Position numbers and translations under genes: made by a program. A stretch of DNA of 63,012 nucleotides, the filler included, from Perkinsus chesapeaki ATCC PRA-425 (Eukaryota; Protista; Perkinsozoa), in NCBI GenBank assembly GCA_013115145.1. It is 3 parts of 3 records of this genome, joined end to end, with 100 filler letters (N's around TTAATTAATTAA, not from the genome) between each part and the next. Parts side by side here need not be neighbours in the genome. Positions count along the whole stretch, not along the records: positions 29,770 to 61,273 come from JAAPAO010000419.1; 2 more parts are not named here. The stretch is one strand, 5' to 3'. Below, piece by piece: positions 45,533-57,528 of the stretch; the stretch's first letter is position 1, and each line of letters opens with the position of its first letter. The notes beneath the pieces are model-generated. The model saw only the letters and a list, made by a program, of their open reading frames with translations, ran no database searches and was not told the origin of the DNA.

Positions 45533-48316
45533 ATGATCATTTTTCTATTTCTACTAGCATCAGCGGCAGTTGGCTCCCGGGAGGGTGAAATCCTGGGTGA
45601 ACTACAGTACAACACTGGCGGCCTTGGTAGTACTTGGATGGTCGTCTTATAGTCAGTTGGGGTAGTGGTACCTTTCCTTTGACTCCGTTCGCTGGCGATA
45701 TATGGTTGTGGTTTATCTCCACTGGTGATTCAGTTGTTCAATGCAACATATCTTGTGTATTCAGTGTGTATTGTTATATGTTTAAAGCTTGTCACCCCAC
45801 AAGTTTCAGAACAGAACTCTCAAAATTGGCTGAGAAATAAAATTTGCCTAAGGAAAAAGCACGCTCCTTAATGACCGTATGGCGAGTAAGATTAAGATCA
45901 AATATCTCCGTTCTATTAATCTCAATCAACACTTACATTTGAACTGATTTTATTAGTTCCAATAAACTGCACATTTTCAGATCTACTTGTAGTGATTTTT
46001 CGGATCTAGGTAGAGTACATTACTACAACTCGGAGGATTCACTAACATCGCAGACGTTCGCTGATCATATAAATAAAGGTCGGATTGAATGCCAAGGGCC
46101 TCCTTGATAGGATGTCATCCAGGCGATGTCGTAGTAGTTCGCGGGGTAGCGAGCAGTTGGCCGATAACTGGTAGCAGCTGCGAAGACTTTTGTACTAATG
46201 AAGAGCTGGATGGTATACAAATAGAAAGGCTGTATGGGGAGGAGGATGGCACGTGAGACAGAAACCGGTGAATATCTTTGCAGTACGTCACCGTAGTAGT
46301 AATGGACGATGCGCTCGAGTATAGTGGGCTACTCGATTAGAACTGAGTACTCAAGCACGTTAAAGTGATTGAGATGCCTAATATTGCTACTCGAATGCGA
46401 TATCATATTATCGAGTTAGATGGCAACGTTCTGCCGCTGGCTCTGTGATACCCCTGTTGTGGAACTAAGCTGCTGGTGAAAACTGATACACATTTGGTGA
46501 AATGATGCGTTCATTGATGACCTTCATCTTTACTTTTCAACGTCGTTCGAAGTAATGACTAATTTACTTCTGCCTCTTCCGCGACTAAAGTGTTTTCGAA
46601 CCGAGTGGAGGGGAACTGGTTAATGTGGTAATCTAGATAGGAATTAGCATGTCCCGGGCGGTAGGTTCGTGCCGATCTACAGTGACGAGTGCTGGGACAA
46701 GCCGAATGCTACAGTGGCAGGCGGGCAGACTTCTCCTCGGTAATCAAAAGGTCCCGGGATCGATTCCTGGCTGGGATGTTTTGGGCAGCTATTGGGCGGT
46801 ACGAGACACTTTGGAAGGACATCCGAGAGCACGTCAGTGGATTGTTGATTCAACAAGACTGCCGAAATTCATGGCCAGTCGGGGGAACGAGAAGCTGTTT
46901 GAATGTAGCACGCTCAACCTCCGTGGCGAATTATCGTCGATGTTAGTGGGGAGCGAGATTTGGTTCACCCCCGAGGGATCGGGAGCCAAAGCCCACGCGG
47001 ATTCCCATGCACAGGCGACGGCAGCGGTGAGGCTCGGTTGATCGAGACGGCATTGGAGCTGGTGGTGAGGCAGTTTCAATTGTCTGGAAAAAGAACGTGG
47101 AAGCTGGCTGAGATGCCAATGTTCCCCCATCCAACATTGCGAGCACACCTATACGACTCGACGCCATTCCGGTGGACGCCGGAGCTTGAGATTACACTAG
47201 GGCAAGGAGATGGCATTTTCATTCCGCCAGGTATGACCGGAAAACTGAAATCTACAGTCGAAAGCCCTTTCTCAATTACAATACTTGTATAAGTAGATGC
47301 TGATTAGGTATAATCCACGAGACAGGTCGAAGCCCTGATGCTTTGGTGGGTTGTGTGGCATCGCTGACGGTCCAGTTTGACAATCCAATGCCATGGGGAT
47401 ATTATAGACGTAGAATGGCAGCTATTAGGAAGGCAGGCGACGGTCGAAATATGTGGAGACTTATGGTGGATCTGGTGAGGTCGGTGGTGGTGGTACGCAA
47501 TCAGTGTGTAGTGTTTTAGGCATCGGGAGGGCAGTTGGCACCATCGATGAAGAACTTTCCCTTCATAGCGTCGTCCGGGTAAAATAGTCTAATGGTATTA
47601 TTGGTGTTCATCAAGCCTAAGGTCGTGGGTTCGATCCATGCAGATGTCTTTTTAGAGTCTTCTACAACGTCACAGTTCCCTCAAACTTCGCCAAGCAACT
47701 TCCTGCTCTCCTAGCCACCGGCCCTGGACCATTCACCACTGCTTGGACCAAAGACTCCATCGCATTCGGCGTCGACCCGTATAGTCTATTCCACGACAGA
47801 GGTAGCCGAAATCTCCACCGTCCTGCCGGCCACGTCGAAATATGTGCAAGGGCTCCTTTACGTGTGTTGCTGAGAAAAGGGAATCCGGGGGAATGTGACA
47901 CGCCCGTTTTGTGAGCATGTCTTAATATTGAAGAATGTATTCTGTGACGGGCGCGAATTCGGAGGGGCTCTCATCGAGGGCTTCGTATATTCTGGTATGT
48001 AGATGGTGACGGGGTGGTGACACGTGAAGAGATCGAAGAGACCTTCTTGGAGTGGCATGCTATGGAGATGGATGTTTTAATTGAAACACCGCCAGTGGCC
48101 AGATCGTTGCATTATTTCCCTCGGTGAGTTTATCAACCAGTTCTTGCGACGACCAGGTCACCGAAAAGTGATTCTCGGGGATTGAAAAGAAGTGTTGTTT
48201 GGAAAATGCTCTTGACTCTCCTAATATTAAGATACCCTCTCACCGATAGAATAGACGAGTTCGAGGCTGAGATGTTTAATAACTATCTGAAGAGAAAGCG
48301 AAGCGATGAGCTTTGA
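45533..48316 (+). CDS. JmjC/cupin 2OG-Fe(II) oxygenase with an EF-hand and C-terminal SDEL (predicted ER-lumenal); 5' junctions partly unresolved
   Basis: In-phase exons 46789-47026, 47074-47230, 47308-47474, 47520-47578, 47656-47801, 48003-48123 and 48232-48316 give IWFTPEGSGAKAHADSH, FQLSGKRTWKL, LGQGDGIFIPPGIIHET, DRDGDGVVTREE and KRKRSDEL*. Upstream exons encode KGDVVVVRGVASSWP. Candidate signal peptide MIIFLFLLASAAVG at 45533. Confidence 0.75.
46740..46788 (+). repeat. 49-nt intron made largely of a tRNA 3'-half-like sequence
   Basis: gtaatc-AAAAGGTCCCGGGATCGATTCCTGGCTGGGA-tgttttgggcag; closely resembles the ERD2 intron at 45169-45223. Confidence 0.65.
47579..47655 (+). repeat. 77-nt intron that is essentially a whole degenerate tRNA-like sequence
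   Basis: gtaaaa-TAGTCTAATGG (A box)...AAGGTCGTGGGTTCGATCC (variable loop/T-arm, B box)...tctttttag; the flanking exons join in phase. Confidence 0.75.
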
Positions 48317-48936
48317 GCATGATGGGTGTTATGAGACAGTGTGTCGAGTTCTGAAGTCGGGAGGGTCTGTAATGATTGAAATCGGTAACGTGAGATTTCA
48401 CCTGAATGCCAACCTTGGGAGCATCCCCGCCAATGGGCAGCCATAGGAACCTTCGCCTAGTGAAAGAACTTGCCTTCCGAAAGATACATGGGCAAAGAAA
48501 AGAGCTCGGGCAGCACTGTCATCACCGGAAACTATAAATGATGAAGAAACAATCAAATATCACATCCCGACAAGTCGGGTACTGTCGGCGTTGATCGACA
48601 GCAGCAACAAGCTATAATAATTACATTGATACCTGCTAAGATGGTCACGAGTATTATAAGGATAATACGATATATGGTAGATATGAGGCAACACATCTAA
48701 GCTAGAAGGTAGTCCAAATCCCTTAATGGTAATGGACGAAGTTATAGGCTACTGCGAATGATATTGATGTACATGTTAAATGAATACCCCCGAAAGTCCA
48801 CCCAATAGCCCATTTAGGATTTAAAACCCAACATTTGACGAGCCACTTCTGAGGCTTTCGATTTCGTTCCTGCAGTTGCTCATCATCATCATTGCCGTCG
48901 TAGTTGTATACCAGAAATGAGTGCGCAATGTGAAAC

Positions 48937-49603
48937 TTAATCGAAGAGATCGAAGCCCATATCCTCATCTTCCTCTTCCTCCTCCTCAACAGGGGCAGCG
49001 GCCTTCTCCTCAGCAGCAGCAGGGGCAGCACCGGCAGCGGCACCTAAACAGGGGGAAGCTTCACTAAATAACATTTAATATATCTCTCAGTATTAGCATG
49101 GAAAAAGTCCTCAAAATTATTAGGACGAAATGAGATGATTTCATCATTGAGAAGTTGATATATAATAGGTCAGAATTAGCATGGTAATTGGTCCGCAGCT
49201 TGAATTGCTAGGACGGGGGCATTTCTTCTTTCATCACTCCCATCATAAATAATAAAGTGCAGGATATCTTCTTACCAGCAGCGGCGGGTGCGGCACCAGC
49301 ACAGGCGGAGAGCTTCTCCTTGCCCTCCTTGATGACGGCAGCGATGTCCTTGCCTTCGAGCTGGCTGACAAGGGACTTGATCTGCTCCTCATCAACGGGG
49401 GCATTCACGGACTCGAGAATCTTCTTGACCTGAAGTGTCATAGATACAGCATGGCACGGAAGTTGAGCTATTTTGCATCTTGCAAGGTTAACCTCAAGAT
49501 ACCAATCCCAAAAAAGCAGCGTATATATTACATCGGCCTCACTGGGAGACTCCTGGCCGGCCACATAGGCCATGCAGTAGGCGGCAGCAACCTTAAGAGA
49601 CAT
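48937..49603 (-). CDS. RPLP2: 60S acidic ribosomal protein P2
   Basis: Exons 49603-49532, 49429-49276 and 49043-48937 give 110 aa: MSLKVAAAYCMAY...LEGKDIAAVIKEG...EEEEEDEDMGFDLFD*. Confidence 0.97.
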
Positions 49604-50613
49604 TTTCTAGGGAACGAACCTCAGCAGGTGAAAATGAGGGATGGATCACAGAGCGCGGCGAGTTGATCGATTTCAACGAAATTAGCTATGGCGCATCTAA
49701 CTTGATTTAAATAAAGCTCTCATCCGAGACAACGTGATTATAAAAAACTGTATTCAGAAAATATACACCTTCCTTTAAAGGCGCACTACCACTTGTTAGC
49801 TTGTCAACTTGAGGCGATAAAAAGGGAACACCAAGAACAAGGTAAACTAGTATTATTTATATAGCAATGGAACAGTCCTCAATATGACTATCAGTTGAAC
49901 GTTCCCTAAAAAGGCCATAAGTCCACATACTTGTATTTACTACGAGATACAGCTCCGTCAGTGAACCTTGAACACTGTCAGCTTTTTACCACGACTTTAT
50001 TCGTGGGAGCGGTAGTCTACTTGCAAGACCCTTCCAGTGGGGTTTATTGAGAAGTTGAACGATATCTGCGACTTGTATTGTTCGCATACCTTAACTTCTG
50101 TATAGAAAAAACATACTTAACAAAAAGCTACTAAGGACATCCCGACCTTAACAGAGTCCTTCTTAGCACACCAGGCTACCAACAGGGATGCATTGTTGCC
50201 CTTGTATTGATAGTGGTCGTATAAAGTAATACGTCACCAATAGAAACGTCATCTGTTGTTGGTGGAGATAGAATTGATTTAACCCCATTATGAACGTTGG
50301 TAATATAGGTTTTAATACCTACTGATATATGAGCCTTTATCGGGATGCTCAACTTTTTACGAGTGGCTGAGCCCGCAGCTACTCTCCTTCACTGTCTGTT
50401 GTCCGAGAAAAAATATTATATTTAATATCATAGTTTGATACTACTAATAAAGACTATTATATCTCGAACTGTATTATAAATTCACTGACAGATGGTAGTA
50501 TATTAATCAATTAATATAGATAAACCTGTTATTACAATCTAGTTGATCTCGATGAAGCTCGCGGTCGGTTTTCAAAAGCTTTGATGCGTTCCGATAGATC
50601 AGTTTTTGTCATT

Positions 50614-53600
50614 ATGCTCCTATGGTGCCTCGTAGGGCTGCTGTTATCGGCGACATACGTGAACGGTCGGATAGATGTAGATATCGAACAGGATGACAAT
50701 ATACCATTCAGTACAGATGGAGGAGAAGTCTCGACAGAATTCAAATCGGATGTTGGTAGTAAAGGAAAGAGATAATGCTCGCTAGTATCCCTACTACTCA
50801 TTCGTACAGCTGTCGAGAGTGCGTTAGTTTGCCTGGGCACCAATAGTGCCCAAGTTCCCATAAAAGTATTCGCGCAACACTAACTTTAAGCCACGGGGAC
50901 CTGTATCATTTTAGGGGTATTGCGATATCTTTCAACGCATCATATCTCGCCGAAAAACACTGCCCAAGCCAGTATCTTCGGCGGGCTGCATTCACTGGTT
51001 ATATCACCTGATGGTCGTGATTTGATATCAATAGGGAGAATGCGGTACGCTGGGATGATGGTGGTTTTCATACCAGTCATATCTTACAAGATACTTCGTG
51101 GAGCTCAGCACGCACCAACGGCTGGACAATCCAGGCAAGTTGAGAATCGAGCGAGTCAGCCTATATGATATGAAATATACGAACGGCTCCTCTATGGCAG
51201 GAAACACCACCGGTTGGGGTAGGTCTATTACTGATTACTGACTATTACTGCTATTAGGGTCGATTATATTACTGATTAATATTATTACTGCTTTACTGAG
51301 GGTCATAGTATTATTATATATTGTATCTCCCGACTTCATCAACTGTTCTTGAGAGGTGCTATCGTAGGACATCAGACTCATCAGTTCTGCGATTTATAAT
51401 TTATCAACTTCCGTGGGGTTACTGTTTTATTATACTATACAATTATAAATACTTTATATCGTATCTTTTATTAGATATTATTTTCAATTGACAGGCTGTA
51501 TATTAACAAAGTGCTGCTGTTATACCCAGTGTACAATAGCACGAAGAATATAATAGGTTCTAAGATTGAATGTCTAGTATATAACTATATACCACAATTA
51601 AGCAACACCGTGAATCACTGCCATGCCCCTCGGACTGGGTAATTCCGGATGGCTTCGTGTGGCTTAATGATTGAGCCATACAAAGCCATCGGGCTGATCC
51701 ATGATTGAGCTCAATCGCCTAAAGATATCACATGATTGTCATTAATACAATTATGTACCACACCACGCTGCTTCCTATCTCTCATTAACTTTGATCTTCA
51801 TCGATAATCTTCTTTCAGATTCACCAGGAGGTCTGGCGGTTTTGAGCGATAAGGCCGAATCGGCCTTTTTAGTGGCATATAACAAATACCTTCTGAAGTA
51901 GGCTCGGGCTCTGTATGCCGCTCATCGGAGCAACGATTTAGATAATGGTTCGCACTTTCTGTCTCAAAATTAGGGTCGTCCCGCGGATGCAAAATCTCTG
52001 TAAGGCCGGTCCCTCTGTGCCGGTTGGCACTCCCGTCTAGGAGAGCTCTGCGTAGCTGCTTGAACCGCGCTAAATCACATGACCGGGTTTGATACACGAG
52101 TTCGGCCTTCGTTTAAGAACTATCAATAGCAGAGCAGTGTCACGCTGCCAACGTGTGAATGATTCCTGGGGGGAAAGGCACCTCCGGAAGGGCTGCTATG
52201 AGCTACAGTTGATAATCAGCGCGAAGAGACAACAGAAAGCACTTCCATGGCGTGCTGAGGATATTTCGGCTTCCTTAGATTTCCTAACGGTCTCGACTCC
52301 ACCAAAAGCGAAATGATCGAAACTGGCAGGGCAGGAGAATGCCCTACAGGCGGACCCCCGCAAGGTCTGCACGTGACTGGTAGCGTCTAGACCGACCTAA
52401 GCCCAGCACGCCTCGATGTCCAGACGAAAAGTCCGAAGAATTGCTTGTTTTTTGCGATCCACCGAACGCTGCTGCGCCGTCCTTCGATATCTACCTCATG
52501 AACTTGGTAAATAAAGAGTTCAAGGCCTTCCAAATGGAGGTTCGTGTTGTCAGCTTCGTACCGGTTTCATCGTTCTTTTTCAGAGGGATCGTGACTACAG
52601 AGTTGTTGATATAGCTCGACTCCCGAATGGCGACTTCCTTGTGCTCAGCCGAATGTGAGTTGGTATGCTACCATTTCCGCGGCGGTCCTAATTTTCGCAA
52701 TACAGACTGGTCAAAAAATTGTCCAGCGCAGATCTCCACGAGTTATGGATCGAATATAAGAATGACTTATATTGTCAAATATTTGCCTCCCTCCCGGTGG
52801 AGTGGAGTGTCGAGGGTTGCAGCATTGGAGAGTTCATTGTTAGCTTTTTGGTCATGTGGTGGCTTTTTAAATTGGGAGTAGGATTAGAAGGAGAGATAAG
52901 AGATCCCCTCTTGATAAGAGGGGATCTCTCTGAGGATGTTATCAAAACTGGTATTAGATATTTACTCTCAGTGTTTGTAGCGCCGCATTGTTGAATATCT
53001 TTTATATATAGATATTTACTCTCAGTGTTTGTAGCGCCGCATTGTTGAATATTTTTTATATATGATAGATACTAACAGATCGACTGGCCAATAGACTTTT
53101 AACGCTGTGTAATACGGTCGTCGGGCGAACACTTAGTATTTTACGCGTGTCACTTCCACCTCGTGAAGTAGTTATCTACAGTAATCATTACTGTAATCAT
53201 TACTAAGTATTACTGAGTAGTATTCAGTAATTATTACTATATTAGTTAAGCATTACTGAGTAATACAAACGGAGGGTTGCTCTCGAGAAGTGTTACCAGA
53301 ATCCCCAGGCATGTGAAAGGCGCGGCCAATTCGAATGTTTGTCATCAATCTTACTCTTGTAGGGAACCGCCCAGAACCGGAGCGATTACGATAGATCACA
53401 TCTCGCAGTCTGATATAGCAGCAGCAGGCTCATCGAAGCCAACGATACTTGGACATAGAAGAATAGCCAAGTTGAGCAGCAATGATGGGTAGGCGAGGGG
53501 GAGGAGGTCGTCTGGATTGCAGCGTCATCATTGGGATGGATGATACCGTGATAACAGAACACTATATGTTGGTATGCCAACACAGAGCCAGTGTGCTTTT

Positions 53601-54736
53601 GATTTGATTGTTAGACAAACCAATACTAGAGTTGTTTGAACTCACTGATTCTTCAACTTCATCCATCCTCTTCGAATTGGGCCAATCGCTTCAACACAAT
53701 ACTCCAAAGAAAAGTTAGTTAGGCGTCTGCACGCATGCACACATTCCTAGGTGATATCCATTTCACTTTCCTCAAAGCCTACAAAGTCCGCATTGTGTGG
53801 GATCGCACTTTATTGTACTACACCTCAGTTCGTATCACTCCCCTACGGTAGCACGCGCTAGGTTACAATCTACGGGCAAGTGCACCATCATAGTGACTGT
53901 ACAAACCTGGTAATTGGAGAACGACAGATGAGATGTCTGTGAGAGCAGGAAGTCGTATGGTCTCCTAGAAATAGGAGGTTCTTATGGGATCAATAAGTGC
54001 TGCTAATGCCGATGAGATTCCGTGCGAATTTTAATAGTAAATTGTTTCTCAACGAAAATTAGCCATCAAATGGCCCGTTCCTTCTGGTCGGCCAAACGTC
54101 TGTAGATCCGAGCCTCATTAGCTCCCTGCGAACTAAACAGTACCTACGACTTAGTTTAACTCCCCTGTTTCATTCCCAAAATGTTTTAAATAGATTATGT
54201 TTTCAGATATAAGATTGATGGGATGAGCGGCATTGCCGCTTTGGAAGACCCGACAACTCACCGCATCTTTATATACACTCTCAGCGACAACAGTCTTGAT
54301 GCTGCGGTGAGGTATGGCTACATGTGTCAGTGATATGTCTGCTTCAGCTGTCTGGGACTGTCCTTTGGGTATTTGAATGGCAACCTTCCTCCGAAAAAGG
54401 CATCGGGCAATTTTCACTTACCGTAAGTTACTCAATCAATTCAATGTGATACTTTTCCCAGATACTAACGTTTTTCGTCTGTGGCATTCTGATCGCTATC
54501 GTCTGGTATAGATGTTGTCGGAGAGCTCAGATACCTCCCTCTCTACGTAACGTGTAGATGCCGATCGTTCTTGCCTGTCATATCTTTCAGAGCGTCTTCG
54601 TGGAGCGTCGGGTCGAAGAATTCTCGGACGTAGGAGTGCTGCGGCGGAGTACTACCGAGGAGAGTTCTCCTCGAGCGATGATGATGACAACGAGGTCGAG
54701 CTTGCGACTGTCCCGATCCGTCGAACGCGAGAGTGA
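50614..54736 (+). CDS. Multi-exon type I membrane protein with an esterase-like/phytase-like beta-propeller ectodomain
   Basis: Signal peptide MLLWCLVGLLLSATYVNG; segments FGGLHSLVISPDGRDL, DIARLPNGDFLVLSR and IDGMSGIA...TLSDNS resemble the Phytase-like family; TM ILTFFVCGILIAIVWY; acidic tail ending RRTRE*. Some middle junctions are unresolved. Confidence 0.6.
52955..53062. repeat. Tandem duplication of a 54-bp intronic unit (one mismatch)
   Basis: TAGATATTTACTCTCAGTGTTTGTAGCGCCGCATTGTTGAATAT(C/T)TTTTATATA x2. Confidence 0.9.
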
Positions 54737-55669
54737 CTTACCGCCATTCCATTTCCACGGCTTCCGCTGTGTGCAACACTTACTGGTCTGTATTTTATGA
54801 CGCGGTGTTTTGTCGAGTTTCCTAGTTCTAGGAGATTAGGGCTTCGGTTCAATGGTATGTTGGGGACTTGGTCCTCGTCGAGGAGCTTCCAGTTCGGCAT
54901 TCCTTTTTGTCGGTCAAGGTGCAAGCTGGCTGCTGCATCCACGGTAGGCGAAAGCGTGGTTTTTCTGCATGTGACCAACGCCACTTCGAAAGGGGTAAGG
55001 AAACTAATGCTCTTTTATATAGCGCATACTTGTGGCGCACATATTGTTATTAATATCCTTAAGTGTGCAGGCCACTAAAATATACAGTACTTTCTTATAT
55101 TTCGGGTTCCTATTCACCCCCGAAAAATCGAATCATATACACTGTATAGTAGTACGATTGCCCAACAGTTGAAAGCATCAGTCGCCCTCCGCACAATTCG
55201 CACAACACTTCCCTTCCACACCGCCGGGTCATCTAGCCTTATAGAAATGGGTTTCTTTGAGATCTCAAAGTGTTCTTAATGCAGAGGAGATATACTAGGA
55301 ATTTTGGTAGGGAATATGGTCTCTAGAATGCCAAAAGAAAACATGACAAGGCTACCCATCCCATCTGGGTAGCCTCGCATCTACTGCTCGTCTATGTCCT
55401 CCCGTTCCCCACTGTGATGAAAATAGGTACTTCATCACAGTACAACAGCAGTCACATCTTGCCTCCTCGTTACGAGGAGGCACGGCTCGGTTCCATCACG
55501 GGCGTCTTTTTTTCGCCTTGGTAGAGTCCGACTCATTTATGATGATTATCTCGCAATAGGTGAAATAGATTGATTAGATCGATTGCATACAGCTTGAAAT
55601 ATTCCTACGAACTCGCTTCTTCCCAGTGGAAATTGAAGTATGTTATCGAACCATCTTCCCTTCTATCAG

Positions 55670-57060
55670 ATATCCACCCTTCCTCGACCAGTAGGCGCGG
55701 TCGCATCAGATCGGCTGAGATCTGAGGAGATCCTCGAGTCCAGAAGTGCACGAATTAAGAACAGGTGAAGGAGCTGCCGAACATATCAGTTGACGGCGGT
55801 CCTCAATCTCTATCAAGTTTACCATAATTCCCGGATTCCGCATTGTCCATTCAGTGTGATACTTCGACGGTCAAGAGATGTTCCTTAGGGACACTCCTCA
55901 CCGAAGAATCATCATCCAAAGCGACGAGGCCAAGCAGGAAACGCGTCGAGCGATCGCCAAGGTTTTGAAAGTAAACCAGCCGAAGATCGGTTCAATAATA
56001 GAAAGTCAGATGTGAAATAGTTCAAATGAGTTATTAAGTGTATTCCTCTTGGGAACATCTCATCCGCGGCACTCGGGTTCGATCCCGGCGCCCGACGATT
56101 TTCTATATTTCTCAGCAAATCGAGGGGCCCTATCCATCATTTCCTCGCGGGTTGAAGTTGAGTGCGATCGTGTCAGTAATGCATGAGATGAACCAGTTGG
56201 AGCAGCAGAGCGAGCATCGCCGACGAGACACTGGCGAGAAACGCATTCCATATAAGATGTATTTTCATGACATTTGGTGACGTCATTCCTTCTTGTTTCT
56301 GATCAACTATACGTTGAGTTCTCAAAGTGTACTCTTTAGTTTGAGCCTTCAATGCCAGCATCAAATGATGCCCACAAGTGCACCCGAATCTTGCTCCTTA
56401 TTGAGGCGATCGTAGCTACCGTATTATTGGTACGAACCTCCTCTTTACGATTGGTACCCTATTTCCATATCAGATTCTGGGTTTTGTTCTTATCGCCGCA
56501 CCCATTCTAATTCTGGCCCTTATAACATCCCTGTGTGCGGCTGCTGGCTGCCTCTGCAATCCGCGCGGTATGAACCGTAACGCAGAAAGTGGAGGAGCGG
56601 ATGTCGGCGGTACGCCCGACTGCCCAGACGAATTCCCCTTGTATTTGTCCTTCAGTGATTACCGTACCATCCCCTACACCACTACGTGATAGTCTAGGTC
56701 TTACTCTAGGGGAGCGCAATAGGGTAAGCTCTCGGCACCGGGGATGTGAATGTGTTTTGTCAGTTGCTGCTCGACACGACAAGTCCACCCCAAGCCATGC
56801 AGATTCTTGTGAAGCGAAGGGCGATCGACGAAAGTTCGCGTGGGAAGCCATCAATGCAGATTGAGAATGACAGCTGTTCGATATGCCTTTTACCTTATCT
56901 TGAGGGCGATTCTTTCGGGCGTCAGTTGCCATGCGGCCACATATTCCATGTAGCATGCATCGACAGTTGGGCCGACAAACAGGCGGTGTGCCCGCTGTGT
57001 CGGGAGAGTTTCTCGAAAGGATTTGATACGAAGGGAACGATTTTTCAAGCAGCAAATTGA
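55670..57060 (+). CDS. Transmembrane RING-H2 E3 ubiquitin ligase, multi-exon; 5' end unresolved (probably ~55250-55450)
   Basis: Terminal exon CSICLLPY...LPCGHIFHVACIDSW...CPLCR (C3H2C3); upstream hydrophobic exons ILLLIEAIVATVLL and ILGFVLIAAPILILALITSLC. Confidence 0.78.
56012..56095 (+). repeat. tRNA-like element in a RING-gene intron, abutting the acceptor at 56115
   Basis: gtgaaa-TAGTTCAAATGAG...CTCGGGTTCGATCCCGG; the start resembles the JmjC intron at 47579. Confidence 0.6.
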
Positions 57061-57210
57061 TGAAGCCATTTTGGTACCACACGAGCGTATCTCATATCAG
57101 CGGTATTGAGTTAAAAGTCATACCGACACATACTAAGGCCGCTTCCCTTGTGGACGAGTTCTGGAATGAGGACCGTTCCAAATCATTAGCCGTCACTATC
57201 AAATCCGCTT

Positions 57211-57292
57211 GTAAAATTCGTGGCAATAATAGACTAGCGAGGAGTATCGCTAGCCTACCTTTCGTACGACCCAGGTTCGATCCCTCCGGCCG
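57211..57292 (+). repeat. tRNA-like element downstream of the RING gene
   Basis: gtaaaattcgTGGCAATAATAG...GACCCAGGTTCGATCCCT. Confidence 0.5.
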
Positions 57293-57528
57293 TCGAAGTT
57301 CGTCGTAAGAATATTGTCAGTACCATAATAGCGTTATGCTACATAATGTTGAATGAGGGAACCAGTGTGTCCCTTAATCAAACAAGCCCCAGTATGATTA
57401 TCTTCCGTCTTGCTTGACTACTGGGTTAACACAATAAACATTCAACGGAAGAGACAGGGTTGTTACGTAGAAAGCGACATCACGACGCTTATGGTTAACG
57501 TTGAGGAACAGCGGCAATTGGCTATTAT

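Noticed and set aside
46169-46178. TGGTAGCAGC, same as the retroelement primer-binding site
   Set aside because: Lies inside a JmjC coding exon (ITGSS) with no LTR context; coincidence.
47579-47655. Functional tRNA gene calls for any of the tRNA-like elements
   Set aside because: None folds into a complete cloverleaf with a paired acceptor stem, so they are reported as degenerate elements.
48306-48450. RVLKSGG methyltransferase-like peptide after the JmjC gene
   Set aside because: Short, overlaps the JmjC stop in another frame and has no supporting upstream exon.
1-54736. A phosphate-acquisition gene cluster (nucleotidases, SPX transporter, phytase-like)
   Set aside because: The genes are far apart, interleaved with unrelated genes and separated by an assembly gap; no evidence of clustering.
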